Source: Balanoglossus misakiensis
Lineage: Eukaryota > Animalia > Hemichordata
Length of the DNA: 64,000 bases
Reading direction: 5' to 3'
NCBI GenBank assembly: GCA_040954595.2
Contig: CM082588.2
Span: 5,272,156-5,336,155 of the forward strand
The notes under the pieces were generated by a model that saw nothing but the letters and a program-made list of their open reading frames with translations, was not told the DNA's origin and did no database searches. Positions within the stretch are counted from its first letter, which is position 1; every line of letters starts with the position of its first letter. Both the position numbers and the translations under genes were made by a program. Positions 38,101 through 51,065 of the stretch are shown piece by piece.

Positions 38101-41100
38101 TGAAGAAAGGTTTTCTGAAAGACTTGGAATTTTCCAAATGGAATTTCCTTCAATGTTTGGCCCTGTTTGATTATTTTGGAATGATATATAGTGCAATAGC
38201 GATGTAGCAAAGGGATGATGAAGTTGCATAGGGTGAAAATGACTATCATTCTACAGGTGGTAAACTACCTGTGTGCTTTTTAGCGGGAACCACAAACTTC
38301 CTTTAAAGACTTGTTGTGTTACTGTCAGTTTTAACAAGTGTGTGGCAAATCACATGGGCTATGGAAGATAGATTGTGCTTGTCTCACAAAGAGAAGATGA
38401 ATGGCTTTCTCTCTCTCTCTCTCTCTCTCCCTCCCTCCCTCTCCCCCCTCGCTTTCGTTATTAGCTCACTTACCGTTTTCCTTTTCGCTATGGTTACCGT
38501 TACAATCTCCGTTCTTGATGGACTCACCATGGTTTTGCACCATTTTCAAATATTCGATTGTCATCTGCAACAGGTCCACTTTATCGTTCTTGACACCCTG
38601 GACAAAGTGCAACAGAAACCAAAAGACCAATCGTCAACTTCAAATGTGGTGAATTGTAATAATGTGCACACAAAATATCTGCAAGACCCCCATATAACCA
38701 GTGGAGTGATTTATTTCCACACATATATTTATGGGACTTCTGCAAATGTGTTACATTTTAGTGCAATAATAAGAAGCGTTTCGGCTTTGGGCGTATGTCT
38801 AAAATCATACTAAGTTTGCCAACAGAACACTTATTTCAAGGTCTGCACCAGTAACTCCTCGTGTTTCCAAAACCAGTCAATAAAGTTTCATTGATTTTCT
38901 TTCATCCCCAGAGTCATTCATGGCTGTGTTGTGCAGGGGCTTACATCGATGGGACCGACCAGATTATCGACTGCTGCTGGTGCCCGCGACTTTGGTGACA
39001 TGTGTCGCATACAGAATGAATAAACGAACGGATAAATGGATGAATGAACGAATGGGTAGGTGATCGATTTTTCTCTCTCTCTCTCTCAGCACGGGCATGT
39101 TGCAGTGTCCATCTGTTCACATTCGGCGGCCCTTTGCATAGACTCCTGGCAGGCAATTAGGGACGAGGCGTGAACTCCGTATGACTTTCATTACACCGTA
39201 CCGTTCGATTTCTGTTGTGCGGTGAAGATGTAGAGTGAAACCGTGCGCGTGTTTTTACCCGGTGTTTATTTTGCAAATTGGCCACGATTTGAAATTGTTA
39301 TATTTGATGTCGTGTACATGTAGTCACCAATGACTCTGTCGCTAATTTCTACACGCGGTATTTTATCGAAAACCTCGCTCTATGACTTTTGATAATTGCA
39401 AAAAACGTTAATTGTTCTTTTCCGCCACCATCTGACAACCATTTACAGTTCCATATTCACGTAGCATTGATTTTTAACCAGGGACCACCATCTTGATTTT
39501 TCTTCGCCATTTTCTTTGTCTGCGGCGCGCGGTGCAGCGCGTATTACTATAGTTATTTTGTACAAGTAACCGCACATGCACAGTAGAGGGGGCCTCATTA
39601 GCGTTTGAATGGTGCGTGCGCTCAACCACCTGTTAATGTATTATTTCTTAAGTGTACACACATGCTGAGCTTGGTCAAAAGCAGCTTAAAAGCGAAAAAA
39701 TGTATTTTTTTATACTCAAAAGACGCCATTATAACATATCAATTAGAATCTTAGCACATAATTTTCGAAACGGGTACGCATATAGACTCGATTGTGGTCC
39801 CGAGTCTGTCTTGGTAGGCTTTGGTGTTTATTGGCCTCAAAACTGAGATGAGTTGGCGGTCAAATCCAAGGTCGTTTGGTGACGCTTGGAATGTTTAGGA
39901 GGGCAGGAGACAGACGTGGACGAAAATAACGCCTTTGTCCTTGTCACCCATTTGTATTTTACTACATGTACTGCGGTTCTTTTGGATTTTTCTGCTAACT
40001 GTGGGCTTGCTTTTTACTATGTAGTTTGTGTCCTTTACGCAAAGAGCGGTAAAGGCGGTGATCTTTCGTCGACTACTACTATATTAAATAGCGGAGAAGC
40101 GTTACCAAACAACGGATTCAAGCATTCGGTAAGCGAATGTGGCTTCTGTTGACACGCGTGTTCTACTGTCCATGGTGAAACAAAGCTTGTGTAAACGAGT
40201 CTTTTTTTAAAATTTCGAATTATTTACATAAACGGGTGAATGAAATAAGAGTAAAAACAGCAGAAACAGTTAAGTTTCAATCGAAATAGTCGTTTTCATG
40301 CCAATCTATACCGGGCTGTCCTGCACGCAAATCCCCGACCAGTGCGCCAGTCTAATCACGCGACAGCGCGCGCCCCCTGCCCTTTCTCCCGTGTAATGAG
40401 CAAAATAAACAACCCAGCGCGCTGATCGATCCGATTTTTAAAAACACTGCGATCAATACAAAATCGTTTCCCTGACACACATAATACAAACGGCTTCCGG
40501 TGCCTTCTGAGTACAGTATTTGGCCTTTGCTCGTAATCCCATGTACTGTCATGTGTGTTCCAAAATGTAAAAAAAAAACGCAATCGGATCATGTTGTAAA
40601 TGAGAGAGTGGGTGTGAACCGGTGGCTAGTTTTATGGTATCCGCCGCACGCACGGAAGCGTGTGCAGTCCATAATGGCAGGCTCGTGACCCTGTCAAATG
40701 GCTTCTATAGACAGACGCAGACAGGCCTCCGACATATCAAAGGAGAGATCATGAACCTACCTGAGCTTTGCGGGCAGCTGGTACCATGGCTCGCAACTCA
40801 TCCAGGCTTCTATTGATCCTGTCCCGTCTCCGCTTCTCGATCACCCGGTGTGGGGTCGCCTGTTCCTGGGGGAGGAGAGGGAGGAGGGAATAGTTCTGTG
40901 ATGTTTTGCAGTTTAAAAGTCTGCTTTATTCTGTGTATTGAACGTGGGTTTTTCTTCCCGCCGTTCTGGATGTCACCGTGAGTGCGTGTGTACACGTCAG
41001 TGTGTACCCCTGGCAGGGCAGGGCATCCACAATCGTGTGAGTGTGTGTGCGTTCACCCTTTTAGTCCGCGACTTATGCGGGAGGAAGTGAACACAAAGGG

Positions 41101-41548
41101 GGCTGTGGGTGATACATAAAAGAAGCCTTTCTGAGTGTTGAAGCATGTAGAAGTATTGAAGAAAAAAATGTTGTTGAAATCAGTTGTGGTGGTGACTTAC
41201 TCCGGCACGTCTCTTCCGCGTGGGTTTCATCCTACCGACCTCTATTTCGCTGTCAAAGTGTGCACTGCAAGAGAAAAAGAACCACATAAATAAGTGAGAA
41301 ATTCATGACTTGTGTCGAAGCATGCAGCATACGTTTGCCACGGATTGGGCAAGCTTGTGGATGCTGCGATCATATCTGCTTGGTGGTTGTGATATGAAAC
41401 TGACGGTGAAGGATGGAGATTTAGACGTTGTCCCGAGGAACCAGAGTGCACCATTTGTTCTTGTGCAAACACTTCTTGCAATATACCTCTGGTCGTCTCC
41501 ACACTCGCTGTTCTCATCCGTGGAGTTCACCTCCCATTTCAGTTCCAT
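35158..41548 (-). CDS. bHLH-Orange transcriptional repressor (Hey/Helt/DEC-clockwork orange group), 5 exons, ~346 aa (364 aa with alternative donor)
   Basis: Exons (-): 41548-41487, 41264-41201, 40865-40761, 38597-38528 (or -38474), 35897-35158; GT-AG, phases 2/0/0/1. Spliced bHLH: TPHRVIEKRRRDRINRSLDELRAMVPAARKAQ|GVKNDKVDLLQMTIEYLK. Orange domain GFKECAEEAIRFLIEEEHLSPDHPLVARLSAHL. P/S/T-rich tail ending AWLPPPNVQ. The ORF track misses the bHLH exons in the correct frame. Confidence 0.9.
38407..38450. repeat. (CT)n / C-rich pyrimidine microsatellite in a bHLH-O intron
   Basis: Visible CT run followed by CCCT units. Confidence 0.8.
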
Positions 41549-41799
41549 CGTTTTTTTCGGGAGATCACCTTGATATGTTTTGTCGCGGAGGACGTTGTCG
41601 GTCCTTCTCTAAAAGTTGACTTCGGGTCCTCTCTGAATACAACCGCATAAGAGGCTTAAACTGCGGGTGCGCTGCGCCAGCCCAGACCGCATCGATTGTC
41701 AGGGTGGGGGAGAGTACAGTGTGTCAGGCGACGCGGCAACGTCTCGCGCCGACGAATCGCCGAGAGCGGCACGACTTGCTTTTGGCGTGGCAACCACAA

Positions 41800-41872
41800 C
41801 GACCAATCAGGTCGGGTGACAGTGTGACTCAGCACGTGTTTAAGTGGATCCTCCTCCTTCGAGTCACGTGCG
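41800..41872 (-). promoter_or_regulatory. Putative proximal promoter of the bHLH-O gene: CCAAT box, AP-1-like site and paired CACGTG E-boxes
   Basis: CCAAT 41803-41807, TGACTCA 41825-41831, CACGTG 41833-41838 and 41865-41870 (GTCACGTG), in a GC/CpG-rich stretch ~250-320 bp upstream of the ATG. Confidence 0.5.
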
Positions 41873-43868
41873 TCGCAACCCTATAGTTCATTGTGAGCGC
41901 TATGTACATAAATTCAAAAGGAAAAGAAAGAAAGCGGGACCCCCTAGACTGTTATGAATGGGTGACTATTCCCGACGCTTGCCCAAAACTCCGTTGCACG
42001 GATTTGCAAGAGTAAGAATTGAGACTTGGAATAAGAAAATACCAGATAACTCCGCCACGTTGACAATGAGATCATTGAAAAAGTAGTGGTCTCACCAGTT
42101 GTTCAGTTAACCCCACACCCTCTTCAAGCCGAGTATATCTATCTGAATCAACAACTTTTATTCGAGTTGACATGTTTCGATAACGGTGTTTGTTTGGGTG
42201 GGATCCATGAATAGCCAATGTCAACACAGTTGAGGGGTATCTTTCTTCACAATGTGATGCTGGATAAAACGGTTACTTAGTTTTTTTAAATCATAAAACA
42301 AGTTGCTTCGTAATGGTGGGCCTGTGTTGTGCGAGGCTCAAATGAAATTATAACTTCTGTCTAATAATATAGCAATAAAATTATGGCCGCGAGAAATTCG
42401 TGTTTTCCCGAACTGCATACTGAGAAATTAAACAGCTTGGGGGAGAGATAGGGAAAGAGAGAAGGGAGAGAGGGTTGGGAGAGCAGGGGAGAGCTAAGGG
42501 GAGCGAAGGGGTATGAGGAGAAGGAGGAAAGAGGGAGATCACACTCCCCCACTGATGGGGCCTAACAGACGTTTGCTCACTCTGCGGCTATAAACGTTCT
42601 CATCTTTTTCGCTCTTGTCCTACAGCGATGCAAACCTGGCGTGACACATTTTAATAAAGACACTAGCCAAGGAAAGGTCACCGGCGTCTATTATGATAAC
42701 GGGGCTCCGCTCTTTCAGATGTCCGGTCCGAGACGCAAATAGCTGTTAGCACACACTGTGCACGTGTATAGAGTGCAGGGTAATACCCCGAAATCATTTC
42801 CTTCCCCATTCAGCGCTAGATATAAAAAATAACCCGGGTCAACGTCAGCTAGACTTAAGTAAAGCGTCGCCCTTTCATCAGCCGTGCCCTGGATACGAAC
42901 GATTGTTCAATGTGAACAGGGCGCACAATGGACGCATTTTGGGGAGATGTAGGGCAAACCACCTATCGTTGGTCAGACGTCGAGTTTTGTACTCATGAAA
43001 ATTGCCCGGCACGCTTTTTAGGTTCTATAGCGACGTTTCGCTCAAACAGTAATTGCGAGCAAGAAACTGTAAGTCGCTGGTGGCCATACACTGAAGATAC
43101 CTTCTCGTCTCCAGATGCGCCCTTCTCTGGTACGAGTCTCACCTGGATTTGTACACCATTGTGCTTCACATTGAACTTAAACCTGTCGTTCGCCCGTAAT
43201 CCAGTTAATACGGTATGCCAAATCCTCTCCCAATACCAATAAAGAAATCTGAGCTCTTTCTGTTCTTTCATCACTCATGCGAAATGGCCAGCGTCTTTAG
43301 CCACAATGCTGCCCCCCCCCAAGCGGGATGGCTTGGTACACACCGATCCTTGCAACGGAATGTCAATCCCACCTCACATGTCTTTTTGCCATGTACTGTA
43401 CTCCCATCCCACCCCCACACCACCACCAACGCCACCCCCTTCGCATGGATCACAGTCCCTGTGCGCGGATGCAGTTTTTGGCCAAAGTTGCCGTGGCATC
43501 TGGCGGTCTGAGGTGGCCGGGGGGGGGGGGGGTATAAACAACAACAATCCCACCGGGGACTGAAAAGCCAAGGCGAAGCACAACCATGAAGTTTGTTTGT
43601 GTTGTGTACATATTGTGTTTAGAATGGAACTGAAATTTCCCCTTCAAGTGGACTTTCATCCACTACACTCAAGACTATACAACTCGCCCAGTTCGTCACA
43701 AACTGATGGAAACTCATGAAAAGCAACTATGATTAAAAAGACAGACATGAGTGCCCTGATTATTCAAATGACTGCATATTGTTGCTCCTTGAGTTCCCTG
43801 GTGAGAGCAAGGTCGCGTTTGGAAGCACCTATCAGGGTCAAGGTCTCCATATGGACGCTGTGTACATG

Positions 43869-44017
43869 TACATTCAAACTTGTGTGTTAGTGGCCATCTC
43901 TATATAGTGGCCACTTTATTGCAGTCCCTGTGCAAATTACATGCACAATAATCGACCTGTCTATAAAGGTCAGTTTAGGAAAGTCCCTTGACTGGCCACT
44001 ATAGAGAGGTTATAGTA
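43869..44017. mobile_element. Tc1/mariner-pogo-like MITE remnant, second copy
   Basis: TA-CATTCAAACTTGTG..GTGGCCATCTCTATATAGTGGCCACTTT..CAGTCCCTGTGCAAATTACATG..CCTGTCTATAAAGG..GTCCCTTGACTGGCCACTATAGAGAGGTT; collinear with 34420-34559. Confidence 0.6.
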
Positions 44018-47000
44018 ATGTTACCATGTTTGGATATACCTATAGCATAATTTTCATCATTTAACAGTCGAAAGCCAATGCGATTTTCAAAAGCCCCAGC
44101 AAAGTTAGTCACGTGATGGCCGAAGGTCCCCTTAAAGACGAATGCCATGAAGCTGTGAATCCTCTTTCGTCTGCGTCTCGACTTGAAAAAATCCAAGTCC
44201 TCCAGCAAAATCATGATCCTTTGCAGTTCACACTGTCTTGAGGGGGGGGGGGGGGGACAAACCCAGTGACTACTGTGCAAGTTGTTATACACGTTAGCGC
44301 TGTTCACAAAACGTCGTGAATTGCTGCCTTTTTGAAGTTGCAACAGATGGGAAAACACTGTAAACGGCCTACACTGTTTTAAAAGGGGACCACAAAATGG
44401 CGAGTGTGCGAACGACATTACACCGGACGATAATGACGGGCAGCCATTGTTTCAGGCGCCACTACCACGGCGGTGTGAACTTTCACTTCATTTACAAATG
44501 TACATCACAGCCTGACCTGTCATCGAAAACAATGACATTTAATTGAGCGCATAATTTGTTAATTGTGGTCCCCCACTCACCATTTAGTAGCTGTGGAGAC
44601 CAACAATTTTAAAGAGACGTAATCAAGTTTTTGATTCTGGTTTCCGAAGGGTTAATTAAGTTGTCTTGTATGTTTTTGTCCTAAAAGACCCCATGATTGT
44701 TCTGTGATCTGACTGGACATCCGAGATTTATAATCTTATCAGAATGTTAAATCGTAGGCTTTTCCACTTTATCACATTGTCTTTTACAACTGAACTATAT
44801 ATCCTACTTAGAAAATGACTGGTTCGTCTGCAAAAATGATAATAAGAACCTGCCACTTGGTAATTCTGGCATAGTGGTGACAATTTGGCTATTAGACGAA
44901 ATTCAGCGCGAATTCATGACACATAGTCAATGGCGAAAATCATTTAGAATATCAGGTGCAAATGTACCGATATTGTCGTCACGCACACACTCACACTATT
45001 TTTTAAATGCACTGAACCATCCAATGATGCCCACCTTTGGGAAAGTCCGTGGGGGGTTTCATCATCCACGAGATTGGCGTTTCAATGGACGGTCTGGTCG
45101 TCGAAATTTTATTCAAATGACAATCGCTTAAAATAAAAACCACACATGCTTGAGGTCGTGACGTCAGGCGTGAAATGCTTCACACAGACGTTCACGCCCG
45201 TGCGATCGTGTGTATCACGTGACAAAAGCGATGACGAGATCAGAAAGGTGTGCACTGTGTAATACAGACCCTGAAAATACGCGACTTATTTCCCGCCAAA
45301 TAACATGAAGAGAAATAGTCGTAAATGACTTTTAATTCGAAGACGTTTTGTTTGTTCCTTCTTGGAATTTTCTCACAGTCAAGTTGTACCTGCCACGCCT
45401 ATGTCACGAGGATCCTTGAAATCAACCACAAGTCCCCCCTTCAGCGTATGCTAATTTGAACGAAGAGGGGCGTTTGTACTGGAACAGCAATTCCTGTCAT
45501 TTTATCGAATAAATTAAAACTTTCATTTCGTCAGTGAAAATACTGAGTAGAACACATTCGCTTTTCCTGATCACTGTGATATCTTCAAAACCGATGTCTA
45601 TTTTTTGTCGACAAATCACGATTTTTCTTCCAGTATATAATGTTGCATGCACGACTTGCAGGAAAGTAATCATCTCGTGAAAGTGTGACTCGGCCTTGGC
45701 TATAGACACCAAAAGAGAATAGGGCATGTTTTTGCAGCAAAGACCATACGGGTGCAGAAGAAGTTAAATTATTCCCCAGTGACCGTAGCACACATTTCCT
45801 GTGACTTTGATTGGCACATTTTGATCGCCTTACGAACTATACAAGTGCCAAATTAAAAACCAACTTTACTGCATAACTATGCCACTTTTACTACGCATAA
45901 ATAAGTTTAGCATCGACCACCCAGCCATGTCACGGATGGTCGGGACTGACTTGGTGCGGTTGGTTATATGCGTGCGTGCACGAGTGACTCGGCCAAAAAT
46001 TATTGCGGTGTGTTATGCAAAACAAAGTGGGTGCAAAAATTAGGCTGTACTTTTACCAATAGTTGCAACTGGTCTATTAAAAAAGAATCTCGTTGAAAAA
46101 GTCTCAATTACCGATGATATTAAATAATAGCTGCACCAGGCTGTTGTAACGGTATTAACGAGAAATCAATCCAGAGCCGATTTCTGGGTGATGACACCAT
46201 CCATGGATTTGGCGAGATGATGGATGGACTGTCGACGGATTTGTGCACGTGGGTTTTGAAGTTGAATGGCTGGTTTAAGTGGATTGTCGGCATCTTCTGA
46301 AGTGCATGGGCGGGTAGCTGGCTGTGAACCCAAAACATGTAGGTGGATGGTTGGATGAACACAGGAGGATGGATGACTGACGACATTTAGGGGGGGGCTT
46401 GATGGGTGGCTGCCGTGAATGGCACGGGTCACTCCCAGGATTCTGAAACCCCGCTACGCTTCCTTCGGTTGCGAGCCAATGGAAGCGTACAAAGCAAGGG
46501 ATTCTTCGGTGTTTTATCAAACATAGTTCAGTAAGTTGGCAGAATAGGCACTAAAACGGGAATCACTTTCTTCACCATATACACCAGCGAAGTTGCCGGC
46601 AAAACTGACTAATTCACCACCGCTTTTGAACCCCCAAATCTAAATACGAAACTGGACAATTGTGTTGTTTTGTCCATCCTCAAGGTTAAATGTGGGGTGG
46701 CAAGCTATTTTATGACGGGAAAGTGTGAGAATGTGGATGAGATTCCCGCCAAAGAAGTGAGCATGCGACATGATAACATTGTAGCGGTAAGTCGCATCTT
46801 ACCTCAGCAAGGACACTGCACAAAACAGTCGCGAGACTTACGTAACGGCCGGCCTTGGGTGTCTCACCGGGACAATCAAACCCCCGGGGAGGGATCACTC
46901 TCCCGCTTTAGAGGCCCTTAACGGAATTTGTCCTAATTAGGGCAGCCAAAGCAAATAAATTTTGGCCATAATGGCGGGGAGCACAGAAACCAATTAAGCG

Positions 47001-50000
47001 GAAGCGCCGTCTCGTGGGATGAAAAGGTGCAGGGCCTTGGGCGCTTGGAAGCTTGCATGGCCATGTCGCAGTCACAGGGGAGAGATAGACTACCCTAGTA
47101 GACGTTTTCCCCCCTGGCCATCCCAGAAACAGAGAAACCCCATGCTAGCGTGAACAAGAGACGCCCGGGATAAATCGAACGTGTACACGTGGTTTGTATA
47201 CGCCCAGATACAGACCCCAGGCCTACATGATATGAATGGAGTTAAAGCTGACAGTTGCAATTTGATTTTGCTGTGCACGATGAATGCCAGGCGATGTGTC
47301 GGGTCTTCTCGGCTTTGCCTACACGATTCACCATCTCTGTTTTTGCAGAGCCGCATAAATCTGAATTTGTCTCAGAAGCGAAATTGCCCTTTATTGTCGC
47401 GAATGTCCTTGCAACATGGTGGGATAATTCTTATTGGTCGGAGATGCATGTAAAATGGGCGTTGTCAAACTTTTGCATGTAATATGCATCAATTGGCCTC
47501 GTTAGGTTTCTACTCACAACAGGAACATGTTTCGGTGTTATGCATAGTGCAGTAATTTCTCTATGCAGGCACTGACATATTTCGAAAAACAAGACCCATA
47601 GGGCCCTGGATCGTAATTAAACCAAGATATTCAACAATCGAACAACGAGCTGCCAAACATGAAGGGCGGTGTTGTTGAAAGCCAAAAATATGAATTTGGT
47701 CAATTCTGTGGTTCAAAAAGTTGCACAGTGTTCTCTGTTTTTTACAGTATAGTGTAAAGTTTCTTTATGGAGAAGTATGGGCGAAAATGGTGGTTATTGG
47801 TCAAGGAACTTCATTTAATTCATAACTTTGCTGCGTTAATAAATTGTCAGCGAACTGCACATTTAACCTTGCAAAGAGCGTGCACAATCGAGCACTTTCT
47901 AGTCGTGTTGGTGTAAAACTTACCCAACGTTTCTTTTTAATCGTTGCTCGTATGCCGTCAGCGAGGGGGCGTATCTCACACCACGATTCGGTCACCGAGC
48001 AACGGTTGCTATGCGCACCCTGACTGCGTATTTCAGCACGGAACGGTCACGCCCTCTCCCAGCCCCCTCCAGAGCAAAGCATTTGAACACGACCACTGAC
48101 GAGATAATTCGTGACGTAAGGAACGCATCGCTTCCCCTTTTCACTGGGGAACTTCGTGAACGTGAACTGTTCAAGTCGGGAAAGCCATATATTTATCCGT
48201 ATATGCTCCGATGGATGGTGATAGTACTCAGTCAACTTCCCTTTTTGGCCAACAAACCAATCAGAACTTGCATAAATGCCTGATAAGTATTTTATATGTA
48301 ACTCTTCTGGCCAATGTTTCCGTCAGAAAAAATGTAACTCTTTTTCTCACAACTGCTTATTACACTGCCCCCTTGTTCAGTCACATTTGCCTCAATCACG
48401 ATTGTGTGCTTATCACAGAACCTGATGGTCCGCCCTCAGGCGGTCGCAGATGGGTTCGTCCATGACGATTCCACACATATGTTATTCGCGTGGGTAATTT
48501 CGAAGAGACAGAGCGATTTTTTGCAGCAGATAGATTGAGATAACTGCACACTTGTTCCAGCGAATCTTACAGTTTTGGAATACGCCACGATTCCTCTTCG
48601 CTTGTGTTTTGCTCAACAACAACCCCTTTAGTATCGAGAATAACCGTGTAACCTTAATTTCCCATCGATTTTAAAGATATTCTCTCGTTGAAGATTTTAC
48701 ATTCTATTGTATCCATTCCTACCGCTGTATACTGGGATTATCATAAACTTAAAGAGAAGGCCACTCATGGGCCACTACTGTCCACCCCCCCCCCCCACCA
48801 CCACAAGAGAGGACCATATCAGGAAGCTAAGCAAACTGCATACGTGTGACACGTGCCCTCATCTACTAAATATCGACAGCATTAACAATTTATGATGGAT
48901 TTTGTGGCACTTGATTATCGCCCCGCGAGTACCGAGTGGGCGTCGTATCGTTATGTCCACCTCTTGACCAGAAACCTATATTTCATTACATCAAATAAAA
49001 TCAATTGCAGAGTCAGATCCCGCGAAAAAGGCCATTCCTCCATCAGACGAACTGAAGTTTTCCGTTTATATCATTCCACATAAATTTAAAGTTTTTTGCC
49101 TTGGTGACGGCGATACCACCTCAGTAATTGTTAAAATTTAAAGGATTGAATTTCAAGTTCTTAAATGAACATCGTCAATTATATCCTTATGACTCACGAC
49201 CTTTGAGTCCAAACTCAGGCTCCACCCAACCTAATATAAGTTCTGCAATACAAGCCTTCTCGGCTGCAGTGTTTCCTCATACTCAGCCCAAAACCGCCAG
49301 AGCGAGAAAGAAATGACAATTCGGTATCCATTTGTTGAAATTTGCCAGAGCATAGAGGGATCTTTAAATTGCCTCCCAACTCTGTGATAACTCATGAAAT
49401 ATCTGTCGTATCAGCCTATACGTAGTCAACAGGCACAAGTCTAACCTGTCAGACCTGTTAACGTACTTTGTACCGAAAAGTGTATCGTTTGTCGTTATTT
49501 CACCAAAGAAAGACAGAACAGCGATACAACGAGACGAATTTTCGGGGAGACTAGGAGGCAAAGTGCAGTTTCTGGCCTAGTTGCTACTGCCTTACTACCT
49601 CCGAGGTATGCCGTGTGTTCGTCACAAGATTTAGGAGGCTTGGCCCGATTTTGCTGATTTATGCGCAAATTTATCTAGCAATTTCTGGTCTTTGGTCAGA
49701 TAGATTGACTCGTTGCTAAACAAACTGATAGGGTCTGTCAAAAGTACGTGATATTTCTCGTGATAACCCGTGCACCCTCTCGAAGGATTCTGGCGTGATA
49801 ATATGCGCACAAATCATCGCTCGTTGTGGTTTGTTATATTCATACGCATGCGCTACGGGTGCAATGAAACTTATGCCAAGGAGTTCGTGACGTCATTATG
49901 CCGTCTTTGCAAAGCGGTCGAGTTATGGGACACAATGCACTTACTGTAAAACCACCGATCTTATCTGACCATGGGACTCGAGAAGGGATACGGGAATTAA

Positions 50001-50909
50001 ATCTTCCATGACAAGCGTAAGACGTTCCACTTCAAATAGTTGTTGGGTCTGTCTCTCCGTCAAATCTCAAATTGATTGATTCCCTTATAGTGACAATTAT
50101 TTATAAGTTAGAATGAATTGGCGCTTTGTTGGTGGGGCAAAGATACTTTTGCGTATTTGGCGATGAGTGGCCTTAGAGACTCGAACTCCACCACAAAACA
50201 CGCACGCCCCTTCTCGAAATACACGCCCTAGTTGTACCCATCCCACCTGGCTCAAACATACCCCCACGACAAGACAGTTCCGATACCGGCCGACCACATC
50301 TATGCCCAGGTACATGTACCTATCCCCATACCAGTCTAAAAGTCACACAGAAACTATTTGGCTGCAATGACTGGGGTCACCAAACGACAAACAGAGTGTT
50401 GTCCCGGGTTACTGCAGAAAAGCTTCCACGCACTTCGAAGTCGCCAACTGTAACGATGGGAAGCGTTTTAGCCGGCGATTTCTGACAAAGCGTTCGATAA
50501 GTACACATCAATGGATGTTGTGTGGTTGTGTGTAACGCTTTTTGGTTGTCAATGGTTGCTAGGGTTTAATCACTGCAGATATTTTGAGTGCAGAAAACGC
50601 TCGGTTGTGAGTCCCAACCACCTGACATAAAACTACAGAATGTTCCATTCTGCCAACTTCTTAAATTGTTTTTTTTTTAAATCTGCATTGCACTCTGTGT
50701 TTAGTACTTATCAAAAGAAAAATGGAGGGTGTTGACCAACGGTTTTCGAGAAAAATCAGGCGTCAGCGATTTCGGCAGTCGATTCAAGCAGACAAAACTA
50801 GTGTCGAACCATTTTCCACAAAAACAGCTTGGTGTGCGCCTTCGATTGGCCATGGATTGGCCGTCTCGAGACAGCCACGAGTCGCTCGAAACTGCACAGG
50901 TTTTTTTAC

Positions 50910-50981
<72 letters not shown>

Positions 50982-51065
50982 GTGATGGTGATGGTGATGG
51001 TGATGGTGGTTCTTGTGGTGGTTCTGGTGGTGACGACGGCGGCGGTTGTGTTTGTGGTGGTGGTG
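50910..51065. repeat. (GAT)n microsatellite grading into (GGTGAT)n and (GGT)n
   Basis: Perfect GAT run ~50912-50980, then degenerate GGT-rich triplets. Confidence 0.95.
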
